DNA of 64,000 nucleotides from a virus (IMGVR_UViG_3300049211_000031:64946-128945); one strand, 5' to 3'; numbered from the stretch's first letter, positions 37,979-48,053 are shown. Notes: generated by a model from the sequence alone, not told the origin. Numbers and translations are program-made.

Positions 37979-38205
37979 TATTTGATACTTTTACTTAGAT
38001 ATTGTTCTTTTATGTAATTAATAATATTATTTACATCTCCGCATCCACATCCAATCTCTATGTTTTCTCCTTTAGTAATTTCTTCTAAAAGAGCTTCTAC
38101 ATGTAACCTAGCAAACTCTATATGACTTTGTACTACATCTTGTGATTCTCCATGTATAGGATCAAGTGCTTTACAGAATTCTTCTGCTGTAGGAATATTA
38201 TTCAT
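37978..38205 (-). CDS. Hypothetical protein
   Basis: 75-aa ORF. Confidence 0.4.
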   Translation of the reverse strand: MNNIPTAEEFCKALDPIHGESQDVVQSHIEFARLHVEALLEEITKGENIEIGCGCGDVNNIINYIKEQYLSKSIK

Positions 38206-38543
38206 TACTTAATGTTTTCGACCGGGTATGCTTTTTTTATTAATTCTAATACTACGTCGCTTTTAGGGAGTACTTGAGGATTACTATAGCTTCCACATGA
38301 TGCACATGGACCATAATATGGTGTATGATCGTCGCAATTAGGTATTATACTGTTATCTACACTTGTATAAGCTGCTGTTAGAGCTGCTTTTACATGAGCC
38401 TGAGCAAATTTAATTAGTAAAAGCTCTATTTGCTGGACAGAAGCTGTATATATAGGTTTCTCTATATCAGTATTTACGTATTGACTAGCTTCAAGATGAA
38501 TTTCAGCCCATCTCTTTGCTGGAGCTACTGTTGTTTCTGACAT
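38205..38543 (-). CDS. Hypothetical protein
   Basis: 112-aa ORF. Confidence 0.45.
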   Translation of the reverse strand: MSETTVAPAKRWAEIHLEASQYVNTDIEKPIYTASVQQIELLLIKFAQAHVKAALTAAYTSVDNSIIPNCDDHTPYYGPCASCGSYSNPQVLPKSDVVLELIKKAYPVENIK

Positions 38544-38770
38544 AGCACTTCTCTTATCTTTTTAAAAATGAATGAAATGTTTGTTATTCTGTCTGGTTGA
38601 TTAGGGCGTATAGCCTTAAAAAACACTGTAAACCCGTGATTTCCTAAGAATCTGCTTCTTATTGGTATACCGTTTACTTTATCCAGATATATCCAAGGAT
38701 AGTTAGCTGTAAGCTCTATATTCACTCCAATCTTTCTCAACCTTTCAACAAATGATTTAATTGTCGTCAT
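38525..38770 (-). CDS. Hypothetical protein
   Basis: 81-aa ORF. Confidence 0.4.
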   Translation of the reverse strand: MTTIKSFVERLRKIGVNIELTANYPWIYLDKVNGIPIRSRFLGNHGFTVFFKAIRPNQPDRITNISFIFKKIREVLCQKQQ

Positions 38771-38972
38771 ATTTGATTCCTAGTTCATCTAATACAAATC
38801 GAGCCATTAATGTTTCTCCATCACTGGAGCCTCCCCAATAAGCATCATCTATATTACCTCCAAATGTATCATATGGACTAAAACTTTCTTCTTCAGTATT
38901 ATCTACAAGAGTTTTATCTTTTGCTGCTTTTATTAATTTGTCTATTACTTCTTGTTTCATAGTATAGTTCAA
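38757..38972 (-). CDS. Hypothetical acidic small protein
   Basis: The ORF-track start is TTG; the ATG (MKQEV…) at 38960 is the likelier start. Confidence 0.4.
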   Translation of the reverse strand: MNYTMKQEVIDKLIKAAKDKTLVDNTEEESFSPYDTFGGNIDDAYWGGSSDGETLMARFVLDELGIKYDDN

Positions 38973-39103
38973 TTATTTTATGATTTTTACCTCCCCACTT
39001 TTCCTCTCTTTTTATTCTTCTAATAAAGGTAGCATGAGAAGGAACTTCTTTTCTGTCAACTAATCTTTCGTTTAGGTAGTATAGTGGCCGCATAATTATA
39101 AAT

Positions 39104-39137
39104 TAAAAAAAGAGCCCTGTGTAGAAACATCAGGGCT
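39104..39137 (-). terminator. Rho-independent terminator (minus strand)
   Basis: Perfect 7-bp stem AGCCCTG-atgtttctaca-CAGGGCT followed by CTTTTTTT on the minus strand, downstream of gene 39186–39770. Confidence 0.7.
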
Positions 39138-39185
39138 GCACCTAAAAACTAAAATAAAACTAAATTTTGGATAAGGTTTATTGAA

Positions 39186-39770
39186 TTACCAAGGATTGCT
39201 TTCGTCATCTACAGACTGATAACCACCTGTTGGAAGATCTGCTTCTGGTAAAATAGTGCTGTTAGTAGAAGCTACAGCAGGATTGGGTTTTTCCCATTGT
39301 ACTACATTCTTGTAACGTGCACTATTTGTGTCGAACGGACCTTCTTCGAAAAGGCTCTCATCTGCTACTACGAAACCAGTATATGGTAATCCAGAAAAGA
39401 ACTTATTGTCGGCAGTAAATTTACCACCTGTAATCATAGGACGTGAAACCTCTGGTTTTAAAACCAAAGCTCCTGCAAAGTAGTTTCCGATTTCAGAATA
39501 AGTGTTGAATTTCTTTTCCAGTTTCTTACCAAACCATGCTTCGTGTAAGTATTGAAGACGAGGTAATGCTTTAGCAGTGAGGAAGAACTTTTCAGTTAAT
39601 GCACTACCACTGTCTGACACGAACTTTACGGCTACGTAAGGTGTTTTACCTGCGCCTGGTTCGATCAGTTTAGTACCTGTTGGATCAATCTTTAAACGAT
39701 ACATACCTGGTTCGAGATAAGAACTAGAAGTTGCTGCTGGAATCTTTGAAAAATTAATACTTTCTGACAT
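39186..39770 (-). CDS. Hypothetical protein (possibly abundant; SSB-like acidic tail?)
   Basis: 194 aa; strong terminator directly downstream; acidic C-terminus '…SVDDESNPW'; precedes the Sak4-like ATPase. Confidence 0.45.
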   Translation of the reverse strand: MSESINFSKIPAATSSSYLEPGMYRLKIDPTGTKLIEPGAGKTPYVAVKFVSDSGSALTEKFFLTAKALPRLQYLHEAWFGKKLEKKFNTYSEIGNYFAGALVLKPEVSRPMITGGKFTADNKFFSGLPYTGFVVADESLFEEGPFDTNSARYKNVVQWEKPNPAVASTNSTILPEADLPTGGYQSVDDESNPW

Positions 39771-39775
39771 TTATA

Positions 39776-40477
39776 CTATTTAGATTTTTTACTATAATAA
39801 TTGGTTACTGTTTCACGTACTAAGTTTAGATCGTTGGGAATTTGTTTATCTTTAAACATGCCCATTGGAGTCTTAGTAGTGCTATCAGCGTCTCTTGTTA
39901 CGAATACATAGTCTACATCATCATCCTGTGTTTTTAGCTTCTTAGCTAACAGAATAACAGTAAAATACGCTTCATATGTCCCTAGCTTGTCATCAACAAG
40001 TTTTCCTAGAGTCATGGCTTTCATTTGTTTATCTTCGGTAATACCATCCCCCACTTCTGATACGTGGTGCATAATAAATACCATAAGATCATCACGAAGA
40101 CCTTTCGAGAGTTGCGCTATATTAATCATATTTGCAGCGATGTCGTTCCACTTATCCCAAGTGGATTCACCCATACGCCTTAAATATTCCATTGTAGATT
40201 GCTGAGTGTTATCATCAATTACAACGTTCTTAATATGCGGCATTTTCGCACTGATAAAATTTAACCAAGTGATTACAGCTTGTGCAGAAGTAGTAATTAC
40301 TACGTTTCCATCAGGATTCTTGTCCTTATTATAAACTGTATAGAGGTCTTCACTTCCCTCAAATGGAAGCTCCTTACCTAAAGAGTTGATAATGAACGTC
40401 TCTTTAGGATTTAGGGTACGAACCGAGGAGCTTTTTCCAGCTCCTGATTTACCCAGAATTAAAACTGCTTTACTCAA
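39776..40477 (-). CDS. RecA-fold ATPase, Sak4-like (AAA_24)
   Basis: Walker A 'GKSGAGKSS' near the N-terminus, Walker B-like 'VVIDD'; about 230 aa, the size typical of phage Sak4 annealase/ATPase. TTG start. Confidence 0.45.
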   Translation of the reverse strand: MSKAVLILGKSGAGKSSSVRTLNPKETFIINSLGKELPFEGSEDLYTVYNKDKNPDGNVVITTSAQAVITWLNFISAKMPHIKNVVIDDNTQQSTMEYLRRMGESTWDKWNDIAANMINIAQLSKGLRDDLMVFIMHHVSEVGDGITEDKQMKAMTLGKLVDDKLGTYEAYFTVILLAKKLKTQDDDVDYVFVTRDADSTTKTPMGMFKDKQIPNDLNLVRETVTNYYSKKSK

Positions 40478-40547
40478 ATGTTTTTTGTTTTGTTATTACA
40501 AAGATACAAAGTATTCTGTAAACAACCAACAAAATTGTTGAGAATAA

Positions 40548-41021
40548 TCACGAATCAAACTGAACCGTGCCAGCCTTTTTAAGGCTAAGAAGGAGTTTCA
40601 TTGTTTTTACCAATCCGTTTTCTTTACAGCCCTTGAGTAGATGTGACATGTACTCTGCAGAGGCTTTTGCTTTTGGTAATGGACGGTAAAGAGGATTCAC
40701 GCATATATACGCGAACATCGTTTTACCGTCTTTCAATGGAACTGCCATCTTTTGATAGACAAAGGGACATCCCTCTCTACCGTCAAGAATGCGAAATTGT
40801 TTAGGAGTAAGCTCATAAAGCACTCCCTCAACGGCATCCTTACGATTGCCCGTCATTGTAATGTTTGCAAACCGTTGGCTTCCAGGGCCACAGTTAAACT
40901 CAAGTTTCCAGTATGGGAGCTTGATAACTCCTATTTTAGAAACTTTTCCAACACGGGATTCTAGGCGTTCTTGGTTCATGTTTGATCCGTAAGCAAAGTA
41001 TAGCTTCTTTATTGTCTTCAT
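40548..41021 (-). CDS. GGCT / AIG2-like gamma-glutamyl cyclotransferase, second copy
   Basis: 'LYFAYGSNMNQERL' is the YxYGSN motif of the AIG2/GGCT fold. Confidence 0.6.
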   Translation of the reverse strand: MKTIKKLYFAYGSNMNQERLESRVGKVSKIGVIKLPYWKLEFNCGPGSQRFANITMTGNRKDAVEGVLYELTPKQFRILDGREGCPFVYQKMAVPLKDGKTMFAYICVNPLYRPLPKAKASAEYMSHLLKGCKENGLVKTMKLLLSLKKAGTVQFDS

Positions 41022-41033
41022 GACGAGTTGTTT

Positions 41034-42146
41034 TTAGAATAACAAATGTTTATTTTTTTGTTTGTTTCTTTCTTGGTCTAACCATTCATAAACCCTTGGA
41101 AGTTTATCTGCTTCATCTTTAGAGTGAGGTAGTTCCCAAAACACTTCTGGGCCTCCATCAAAGAATAAGGCAGAACAAATTGAGGAATCAGTTCCATCAT
41201 TTGTCTTCAACACTTCTAATTCCCTAAAATTGTTCTTAAGTTTTGTTATGTCATATCCCTTATAATTAGGGACTTTAAACTTATGTGGTGTAAAAAGAGA
41301 AAGCACGAGGTGATAAGAACGAGTTACCTCTTTAGTTTCACCAAGATTTGCTAGAGAAGGTTTATTCTTCTCAAGAATCATTCCTCCGTTACTGGTAAAC
41401 TGTTGTTTTTCAGCTTCTAATGCTTGCTGATGCACCACTACTGGTGTACCCTTAAGAATCTTAGAATATAATAACCTACAATCTTTTCCGACAAATTCAT
41501 CCATTGCCTGTTTTTTATCCCTATGTTCAGCATCTTTGTCGAGATTGTTGAGATTATCAAACAGCATTAGTCGATGTACATCTGTTTTAGGTGTGTACCC
41601 TACGATAATTTGTTTACCTTCATGCTCCTTAGTATGGATTGTACCAATCTCAGAAGCACGCCTCAAAACATCGTTCTTAATCGCCCTTGGTGTTGTAAAT
41701 GTATCTTTAATACGCACCTTGTTGCAGAAATCTGCTAAATATTTTTCAGCATCTACAATACATTTTAGTATATGAGATGGAAGTTCTTTAAACTTAGAAT
41801 CAAGATCATAAAGTGATACACGCTCACCACATTTAGTGAATAGATAGTTACAGAGGATGGATTTGAAAGTTTTTTCTGCACTATCTTCGAGACAATAGTA
41901 ATCTATCTCGATAGAATAATTATGTTTTAGGGAAAATTCATAAGGGTGTGTTACAAATGTGTGACGTAAAAACCTACTCTTCCCAGCACCACTAAAAGAA
42001 GTGAGTCCTATAACTTGTTCTTTATCAATGCTTGGAATATACTGAGAGAAACGAGAATAGGGAAACGGAATACCATTAAACTTACCTAGCTTCTTATTCT
42101 CAGCTTTTTGCTTAATATTATTAAGCGCAGTTTGATAAAGATTCAT
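41034..42146 (-). CDS. DnaB-like replicative helicase (RecA-fold C-terminal domain)
   Basis: 'VIGLTSFSGAGKSRF' Walker A followed by 'YYCLEDSAEK', which resembles the DnaB 'SLEMSAEQ' H1a motif. Confidence 0.5.
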   Translation of the reverse strand: MNLYQTALNNIKQKAENKKLGKFNGIPFPYSRFSQYIPSIDKEQVIGLTSFSGAGKSRFLRHTFVTHPYEFSLKHNYSIEIDYYCLEDSAEKTFKSILCNYLFTKCGERVSLYDLDSKFKELPSHILKCIVDAEKYLADFCNKVRIKDTFTTPRAIKNDVLRRASEIGTIHTKEHEGKQIIVGYTPKTDVHRLMLFDNLNNLDKDAEHRDKKQAMDEFVGKDCRLLYSKILKGTPVVVHQQALEAEKQQFTSNGGMILEKNKPSLANLGETKEVTRSYHLVLSLFTPHKFKVPNYKGYDITKLKNNFRELEVLKTNDGTDSSICSALFFDGGPEVFWELPHSKDEADKLPRVYEWLDQERNKQKNKHLLF

Positions 42147-42925
42147 TATGCTAATACTTCAAAAGTGTCTTCTTGTGATGGATTTTGTTTGTCATGTACT
42201 ACTTGATCACACCATGTTGCTAAATCAGATGTTTTGTCTTTTATAGAGGATTCAACACGGAAGATAAAATATGTTGCACAACGCATAAATTCCCATCCCA
42301 CTTGTCTTTTGGACTCTGTATAAGCTCTAGTAGCCTCCATAATGGTGTCCTTATCGTAGTTATACTCTTTTAAAAACCACTCCATTTTTCGAGCGCACTC
42401 CTTAGCATTACTCCTAACAGGTTTACCATTAGTTTTTACACCTCTGGGAAAGAATTCTAACCATTCGTTAATCCATGATTCAACACCGTCAGTTTTTATT
42501 TCTGTTTTAAGCTGATCCACTCCGGATACAGCTATTTTTTCTGCTGTTACTTCATTTGATTGTTCTTTAATAAATTCAATTAAATCAATACCTTTTTGTG
42601 TCAAGACATAAATAGTGTTGTCTTCTTCCTTAGAAGATGTTAATAAGTCTTTAAGCTCCAATTCTTTGTACAAAAATAGTGCTCGTTTCTGTTTATTACT
42701 ATCATCAAACTCATCAAGAAGGTCTATTTTACCTTCATATAATGCAAATAATACAAACAGAATGGACCCTAACTGGTCTACTTGGAAGTTATAACTCCTT
42801 ACTTTGTCGATAATGTTCTTGTTAAACTGAATCTCAATACTCTGCATTAAACCTCCTATTTTAAATAAATTGTTTTTGCGTTCTCTATACCTAAATTCTT
42901 TCCAGCTTGTTTTAACCATTCCCAC
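42146..42925 (-). CDS. Hypothetical protein
   Basis: 259-aa ORF. Confidence 0.5.
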   Translation of the reverse strand: MGMVKTSWKEFRYRERKNNLFKIGGLMQSIEIQFNKNIIDKVRSYNFQVDQLGSILFVLFALYEGKIDLLDEFDDSNKQKRALFLYKELELKDLLTSSKEEDNTIYVLTQKGIDLIEFIKEQSNEVTAEKIAVSGVDQLKTEIKTDGVESWINEWLEFFPRGVKTNGKPVRSNAKECARKMEWFLKEYNYDKDTIMEATRAYTESKRQVGWEFMRCATYFIFRVESSIKDKTSDLATWCDQVVHDKQNPSQEDTFEVLA

Positions 42926-43995
42926 ATAATGGTAGGTGTATTAACAAGCTGTTTTCCTCTACGTTTTTTGTAGTATGGTACTAATACATATATGTCTAGC
43001 ATTTCATCAACATCTAGCCTACGTCCTCTACCGGTTCTTTGAACCATCAGGGTTTCGCTTTTGTTGTAATTCTCTAGTATTATAGTATTGACACTCTTCA
43101 GGTTTTTACCCCTGTTTACTTTGCCACATACACTAAGCTCTGTAATGTTTCCGTCATCAAATCTCCTAAGATTATCATCGTCCTCGTTTCCACTATGGAA
43201 AGAAGGAGCAATCCTATCAGCTTGTTCTGTTACACCACAAAAGATTAGTGTTTTAGATTCTGGATTCTTTTGTTTTAGATAATCCAGAAGCTTTCTACAA
43301 ATGTACGCAGAAGAATCCAATTTAGCAAGAAAATGTATACGCTGGAGACTAAGAAATTCTAAGTCCTTCTTAATCCTCTCTTTAGCTTTTTCTGATTTAG
43401 TGAAATCATTCTCTCTTAGAAGATGAGTAAATTTCTCATTAAAAGCTACATATTGTCTGTTCTCAGATGGATTTAATAGATAGGGAATAAGAATAAAGTT
43501 AGCTTTATTCACTACTTTCTTATCTTCTATCTCCTTGATTTTCTTCTCATAAACGATTGGTACTATTTGTTTAGCTAACGCTCTTTTTTTACTTTCCAGA
43601 GTAGCACTAACAAATATAATATGACCAAAACTGTTATTGAGAAAAAATTTAGAATATTCTGGGGTTAGAGCATAATCTCCCTCATCTGCTAGGAGAATAT
43701 CGTAATATTCTCCATGTCTTTTATAGAGTCCAGCATAACAGCCTTTCTCTATAATATTACAATACTCTTTAGCATCCCATTTTACAAGCTCTTCATCAAA
43801 TCCTCCATCTCTAAGCATCTGAGAATCACAGGCATATAATACACGCATACCAGGCTTATATAAAGCCTTTAAACAATTTATTAAGACAAGGGTTTTACCT
43901 GTTCCTGTAGGCAATATTACAATTCCATTGAAGTTATTAGCTTCAAGAGCGTTGAATGCCTCTTCCTGAATTTTCCTTTTCTCTTCGTTTATCAC
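42856..43995 (-). CDS. Superfamily 2 DEAD/DEAH-box helicase
   Basis: Motif I 'LPTGTGKT', motif II 'LADEGD', motif VI 'QRTGRGRR'. Confidence 0.85.
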   Translation of the reverse strand: MINEEKRKIQEEAFNALEANNFNGIVILPTGTGKTLVLINCLKALYKPGMRVLYACDSQMLRDGGFDEELVKWDAKEYCNIIEKGCYAGLYKRHGEYYDILLADEGDYALTPEYSKFFLNNSFGHIIFVSATLESKKRALAKQIVPIVYEKKIKEIEDKKVVNKANFILIPYLLNPSENRQYVAFNEKFTHLLRENDFTKSEKAKERIKKDLEFLSLQRIHFLAKLDSSAYICRKLLDYLKQKNPESKTLIFCGVTEQADRIAPSFHSGNEDDDNLRRFDDGNITELSVCGKVNRGKNLKSVNTIILENYNKSETLMVQRTGRGRRLDVDEMLDIYVLVPYYKKRRGKQLVNTPTIMWEWLKQAGKNLGIENAKTIYLK

Positions 43996-44068
43996 TTATA
44001 TTTGGGTGGTCCTATACAGAATCCCAAAATAAAGGCTACTGCTAGGATTCCTATTATAAATAATATCA

Positions 44069-46027
44069 TTAAAAAAGAGTTAATTGTCTGTTAAGAATTT
44101 CTGTTATTAATGTGCATGCCTTCTCAATATAATGGGAGTAATTAATGTCATACTCCGCAAAGGACTTCTCCTCATAATTGTTAAAAAGACATACGCCTTC
44201 TCCAACATTGACATGTTCAAAGTTGGATTTCTTTCCATTTTTAGGTTCTTTCTTTCTTTTTAGAAGATAAGCACCTTTTTTCTGGAAATAATACCTATTT
44301 AGGTTTTGAACCTTTTTACCTTCATAAAAAACTTCATACGTTTTATCAATACGATTGCTCTTACAGTAATCATAAATATGAAATCCATATTTCTCCGGGT
44401 TGGATATTGATTCAGAAACGGATATACCATCCTTCCAGAATAGCTCCAAAGCTTTGGCGACTACTTGCTCATTTACTGAATCACCTAACGGAATATCTTT
44501 CCCATATTTATATAGTCCTTTCCTCTTAGGTTTTGTATCTTCTTTTAATCCAATGATCTGTATATTAGTGCCCCTATTATCAAGCATATAAGTACTGCTA
44601 GGGAACGCAATATAATTATTGACATTTGTGTAAACAATTTTTTTAATGTTAGTAAATTCCCAACCTATACCAAATTCCTCAGCGATTTCACAACTTATTC
44701 TATGATAATCATCTATTTTGTCTATTGGAACGATACAGGTTGTACCATCAGTATTGTTACTAATGATTTGAATACCAGCGAGAGACTTCTCTTCCAGAAT
44801 ACGAAGCTGAATCAATTGACCGAATACACGCAGGGCAGTCATTTGTTCTGGACTATAAAGCCAGCTAACGTCTTGGTCAACGATGCCAGTAAATCCATTA
44901 AGACACAATTTTAAGAATGTGTCTTTAATTTTATTACCAGACCTTTTAGCTTCTACCCTATCAGCCTTAAGTCTTAGATACTCATCCAATACTATTTCAA
45001 GCTCTTTACGAATGAAACGGTATTTTTCAAGAAGTGTAGGATATAGAGAAGTAACGTCTTCATCAATAATCAGGTGAGTCTTACTGGACTCGTAATACTC
45101 ATTATCGTTGATAATGTGGATTCCTCCAATACCCATACTAACATGCACTTTAGTATTTCCGGACTGGTAAAGGAACTCCTTAGTAAATTCTGATCCTGAC
45201 CTTTTAATCTCTTCAAATAAATCCTGAAAATACTTAGTTTTGAAAGAAACGTGAGGAAGAAACTCACCGAGCTTCCAATTTGGACTTGGTATGTATCGGC
45301 TATTCTTAACCTCACGTTTATATTCTTCATATGTAGGATATTGGTTCTTATATGTTTTCTTACAATACACTTCAAGCATGTACTCGCTACAAATCTTTGG
45401 TGCATCCATGCTCCAACACTGTATACCATACTCCTCAAATATATATTTTCGGAGCTTAATATCCTCTTCCATTCTTTTGGTGAGGCTATCAAGAATGATA
45501 AGGTCATTGTTCAAGTTATAATCAAGAACATGTGCCTTTTGTTCATCGGTAAGAATGGAATCATGTGGGTAAGGAAGTTCCTGTACCCTTGTATGATTGA
45601 GCTGTATTCCTAATGATTTTAAGCTTATCTTCTTGGATATACGAAGAGATCGAGCCCAGTAAAGGAATAAGTCAACATTTATCCATGGATGTTTATACCA
45701 TTTGTACCACTTGATGGTATCGTGCTCATCAGCAATCACATAGTTAGAGAACCGTTTTAGCTCTCTAACTAGCTCTATGCTAGAGAGTTTAGAAAGTTTT
45801 TTATATTCTTTGACGAAGTAAGCAAGGACAACATTGTCATAATGTACACCATTAAAGGTGATTAAATAACCTTGATAGTTGACTAAGAAAGTATAGAGTT
45901 TTCCCCTATCGTCTTTTTTCTCGTCAACTTCAAACTTTATAGCTTTCTTAGTTACATAGTCTCGTATCCCAACCTGAAAGTAGTTAGGATAGAGCTCTAT
46001 ATCAAGTCCTTGAAAATTACTAAACAT
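44069..46027 (-). CDS. DNA polymerase, family B, with 3'-5' exonuclease
   Basis: Exo I 'LDIELYP', Exo II 'FNGVHYDNVVL', motif A 'DEDVTSLYPTLL' (DxxSLYP), motif B 'KLCLNGFTG' (KxxxNSxYG), motif C region 'ISNNTDGTT' (variant of YGDTDS). Confidence 0.7.
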   Translation of the reverse strand: MFSNFQGLDIELYPNYFQVGIRDYVTKKAIKFEVDEKKDDRGKLYTFLVNYQGYLITFNGVHYDNVVLAYFVKEYKKLSKLSSIELVRELKRFSNYVIADEHDTIKWYKWYKHPWINVDLFLYWARSLRISKKISLKSLGIQLNHTRVQELPYPHDSILTDEQKAHVLDYNLNNDLIILDSLTKRMEEDIKLRKYIFEEYGIQCWSMDAPKICSEYMLEVYCKKTYKNQYPTYEEYKREVKNSRYIPSPNWKLGEFLPHVSFKTKYFQDLFEEIKRSGSEFTKEFLYQSGNTKVHVSMGIGGIHIINDNEYYESSKTHLIIDEDVTSLYPTLLEKYRFIRKELEIVLDEYLRLKADRVEAKRSGNKIKDTFLKLCLNGFTGIVDQDVSWLYSPEQMTALRVFGQLIQLRILEEKSLAGIQIISNNTDGTTCIVPIDKIDDYHRISCEIAEEFGIGWEFTNIKKIVYTNVNNYIAFPSSTYMLDNRGTNIQIIGLKEDTKPKRKGLYKYGKDIPLGDSVNEQVVAKALELFWKDGISVSESISNPEKYGFHIYDYCKSNRIDKTYEVFYEGKKVQNLNRYYFQKKGAYLLKRKKEPKNGKKSNFEHVNVGEGVCLFNNYEEKSFAEYDINYSHYIEKACTLITEILNRQLTLF

Positions 46028-46045
46028 TCAACAAAGATACGAAAA

Positions 46046-46687
46046 TTAAAACTTGGCAACAAATATAGTTATTGTGTTACCGCTGTTTGGATTAATTGTG
46101 CTTGGTGTGGGTACAAAGTGATCCTTAAGAATCGTTTTGAATACACGTTCGATAACAATACAATCATCTACACCATTACTGCAGAAAATCAAGCCGGTAG
46201 CTCTGGTGAGACCTTTTCCTCTAGCAGGAACAGAAACACTGTCATCTTTCTCCTTCAAGAAGGCGTAAGCAACGAGCAGGTCAAGAACTTCACGGTTCTT
46301 TGGATAACGATTGTTGATTGTAACATCACCGATCTCATCTACGCCACAACAATGTGGAAGGCCATCTGTATGCAGGCGAATGTTGTTGTAATCGTAATCT
46401 TTACTAGTAGAACGCATTATATATGTTCGGCTGCTACCATCTTCGTCAATGTCTAAACTATATCCTCTGGAGTTTATGTCCGACATAAGGGATTTGAGAG
46501 AAACTTTTACTTGTTTCTTAGTAGGTGCTCGTTTTACGGCTACCTTTTTAACAGCTAATTTCTTAGCTGCTTTCTTCTTTACAGGCTTCTTTTTAGCAGC
46601 CTTTTTTGCTTTAGCGATTGCCTTGGCCATGATTGCGTTTACTTTTTTGGGATTTGTAATAATGTCTATTGCGTTTATTTTCAGCAT
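46046..46687 (-). CDS. Histone H1-like (Ala/Lys-rich) DNA-binding protein with C-terminal globular domain
   Basis: 'AKAIAKAKKAAKKKPVKKKAAKKLAVKKVAVKRAPTKK' AK-repeat tract typical of H1/Hc1-like nucleoid proteins. Confidence 0.55.
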   Translation of the reverse strand: MLKINAIDIITNPKKVNAIMAKAIAKAKKAAKKKPVKKKAAKKLAVKKVAVKRAPTKKQVKVSLKSLMSDINSRGYSLDIDEDGSSRTYIMRSTSKDYDYNNIRLHTDGLPHCCGVDEIGDVTINNRYPKNREVLDLLVAYAFLKEKDDSVSVPARGKGLTRATGLIFCSNGVDDCIVIERVFKTILKDHFVPTPSTINPNSGNTITIFVAKF

Positions 46688-47037
46688 TATGCAATGATTA
46701 CATCATATTCCTGCCATGCCCAGATTTCCATTGCTTTAAGTAGGGCTACCCATTCTTCAAGGGTTAGTACACCTCTTGAAACTGAGTCTTTATTGAATGT
46801 AGGAACGATTAGATTATCTTTAATAATCTCATGCATTTCCTTTTTAGAATGACCTGTCTCATCAGCAATTTCTTGCAGCTTACTAAAGTAAACAGCGCGA
46901 TATTGGTCTTCGTCAGACTGAGGATTTAGGTGTTGGAATGTGACGAAATACATTCCATTTTTAGAATCGCGATAAAGCTTTTCGATCAAAGCTTGACCCC
47001 TTTCTGTGCCTTTTTCAATTACCTGAAATTTAATCAT
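46687..47037 (-). CDS. Hypothetical protein
   Basis: 116-aa ORF. Confidence 0.5.
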   Translation of the reverse strand: MIKFQVIEKGTERGQALIEKLYRDSKNGMYFVTFQHLNPQSDEDQYRAVYFSKLQEIADETGHSKKEMHEIIKDNLIVPTFNKDSVSRGVLTLEEWVALLKAMEIWAWQEYDVIIA

Positions 47038-47044
47038 ATTGATT

Positions 47045-47269
47045 TCAAAATTTTTTAATTACTACTGTTTCCACGTCCCTCTTTATGCACATTACTACAA
47101 ACACTATTACAGTTACCCACGATGCGAATGCGCATATTGAGGCAAAAAATAAATCGTCAAGGTGAACGACAAATACTTGCTTCGATTTGTGGATTTTACG
47201 AAGCTTAGTGAGAAATGTAACCGCTATAATCAGGAGACTTACAAGAACTCCCATGAAATAAATGTGCAT
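47045..47269 (-). CDS. Small membrane protein
   Basis: 74 aa, two transmembrane helices. Confidence 0.45.
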   Translation of the reverse strand: MHIYFMGVLVSLLIIAVTFLTKLRKIHKSKQVFVVHLDDLFFASICAFASWVTVIVFVVMCIKRDVETVVIKKF

Positions 47270-47294
47270 ATGGATTGATCTTTAAGGTTTTTAG

Positions 47295-47558
47295 TTATCT
47301 TATGTGAGTGACTCTCAGTTTACGACGACCACTACAGAACTTCATAAGTTCTTCGTCAGTGTACCATCCTACAGCAACTTCAGTGTATTCACTATCATCT
47401 TCCCAATAAGACCACTGGATTAGATAATGCTCTTTAGTTTCAGTAAATGACTTTTTAAAGTGGTGCATAATGGTGGTATAGGCAGATATTGTCTCTGAAT
47501 AGCCTGCATTCTTTAGTCTGTCCTCTAAGAACTGAAGAAATTTTTGTTCTCTGGTCAT
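47295..47558 (-). CDS. Hypothetical protein
   Basis: 87-aa ORF. Confidence 0.45.
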   Translation of the reverse strand: MTREQKFLQFLEDRLKNAGYSETISAYTTIMHHFKKSFTETKEHYLIQWSYWEDDSEYTEVAVGWYTDEELMKFCSGRRKLRVTHIR

Positions 47559-47697
47559 AAAACTATTTTAGACGTGATTGACTTAGACCAAGTTCAATAG
47601 CTTCTTTACTGTTATCAGTTATCCACCTGTGACAATTATGGCAAACAGCTAACCATGTAGACACATCAAGGAAGTTCTTCAATGTGTTATCTGCAAT

Positions 47698-48012
47698 TTA
47701 ATTACAACATGAATCGTATCTGTATACTTCTCCCTGATCATCTACTAATAAGTTGTTGTACATTCCATTGAGTACATCATATGGAATTTCATTCAACTCT
47801 TTATGTAAATAAGGAGTATATTTTTCTACAGCTTCTTCTCCATGCTTTCGTAGATGTGGGTTTTCATCTTTAGCCCATCCCACAACTTTTATCATTAAAT
47901 CTATAACTTCCTCTTTTGTGAGCTTAGTTACAAATCTTTCGTGTGGAAGACCATCACATCTTGTTCTACCTTGCTCTTGCATAGTAGAGATGAAATCTGA
48001 GATTCTTTGCAT
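47698..48012 (-). CDS. Hypothetical protein
   Basis: 104-aa ORF. Confidence 0.45.
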   Translation of the reverse strand: MQRISDFISTMQEQGRTRCDGLPHERFVTKLTKEEVIDLMIKVVGWAKDENPHLRKHGEEAVEKYTPYLHKELNEIPYDVLNGMYNNLLVDDQGEVYRYDSCCN

Positions 48013-48053
48013 GTTTTTTTTGTTATATTTGCAGTTCGGACTATACCTTCAGC

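Noticed and set aside
46449-46697. + strand 82-aa ORF rich in Phe/Leu/Ala
   Set aside because: It is the reverse complement of the Lys/Ala-codon tract of the histone H1-like gene (AAG/GCT repeats read backwards), so it is an antisense artefact.
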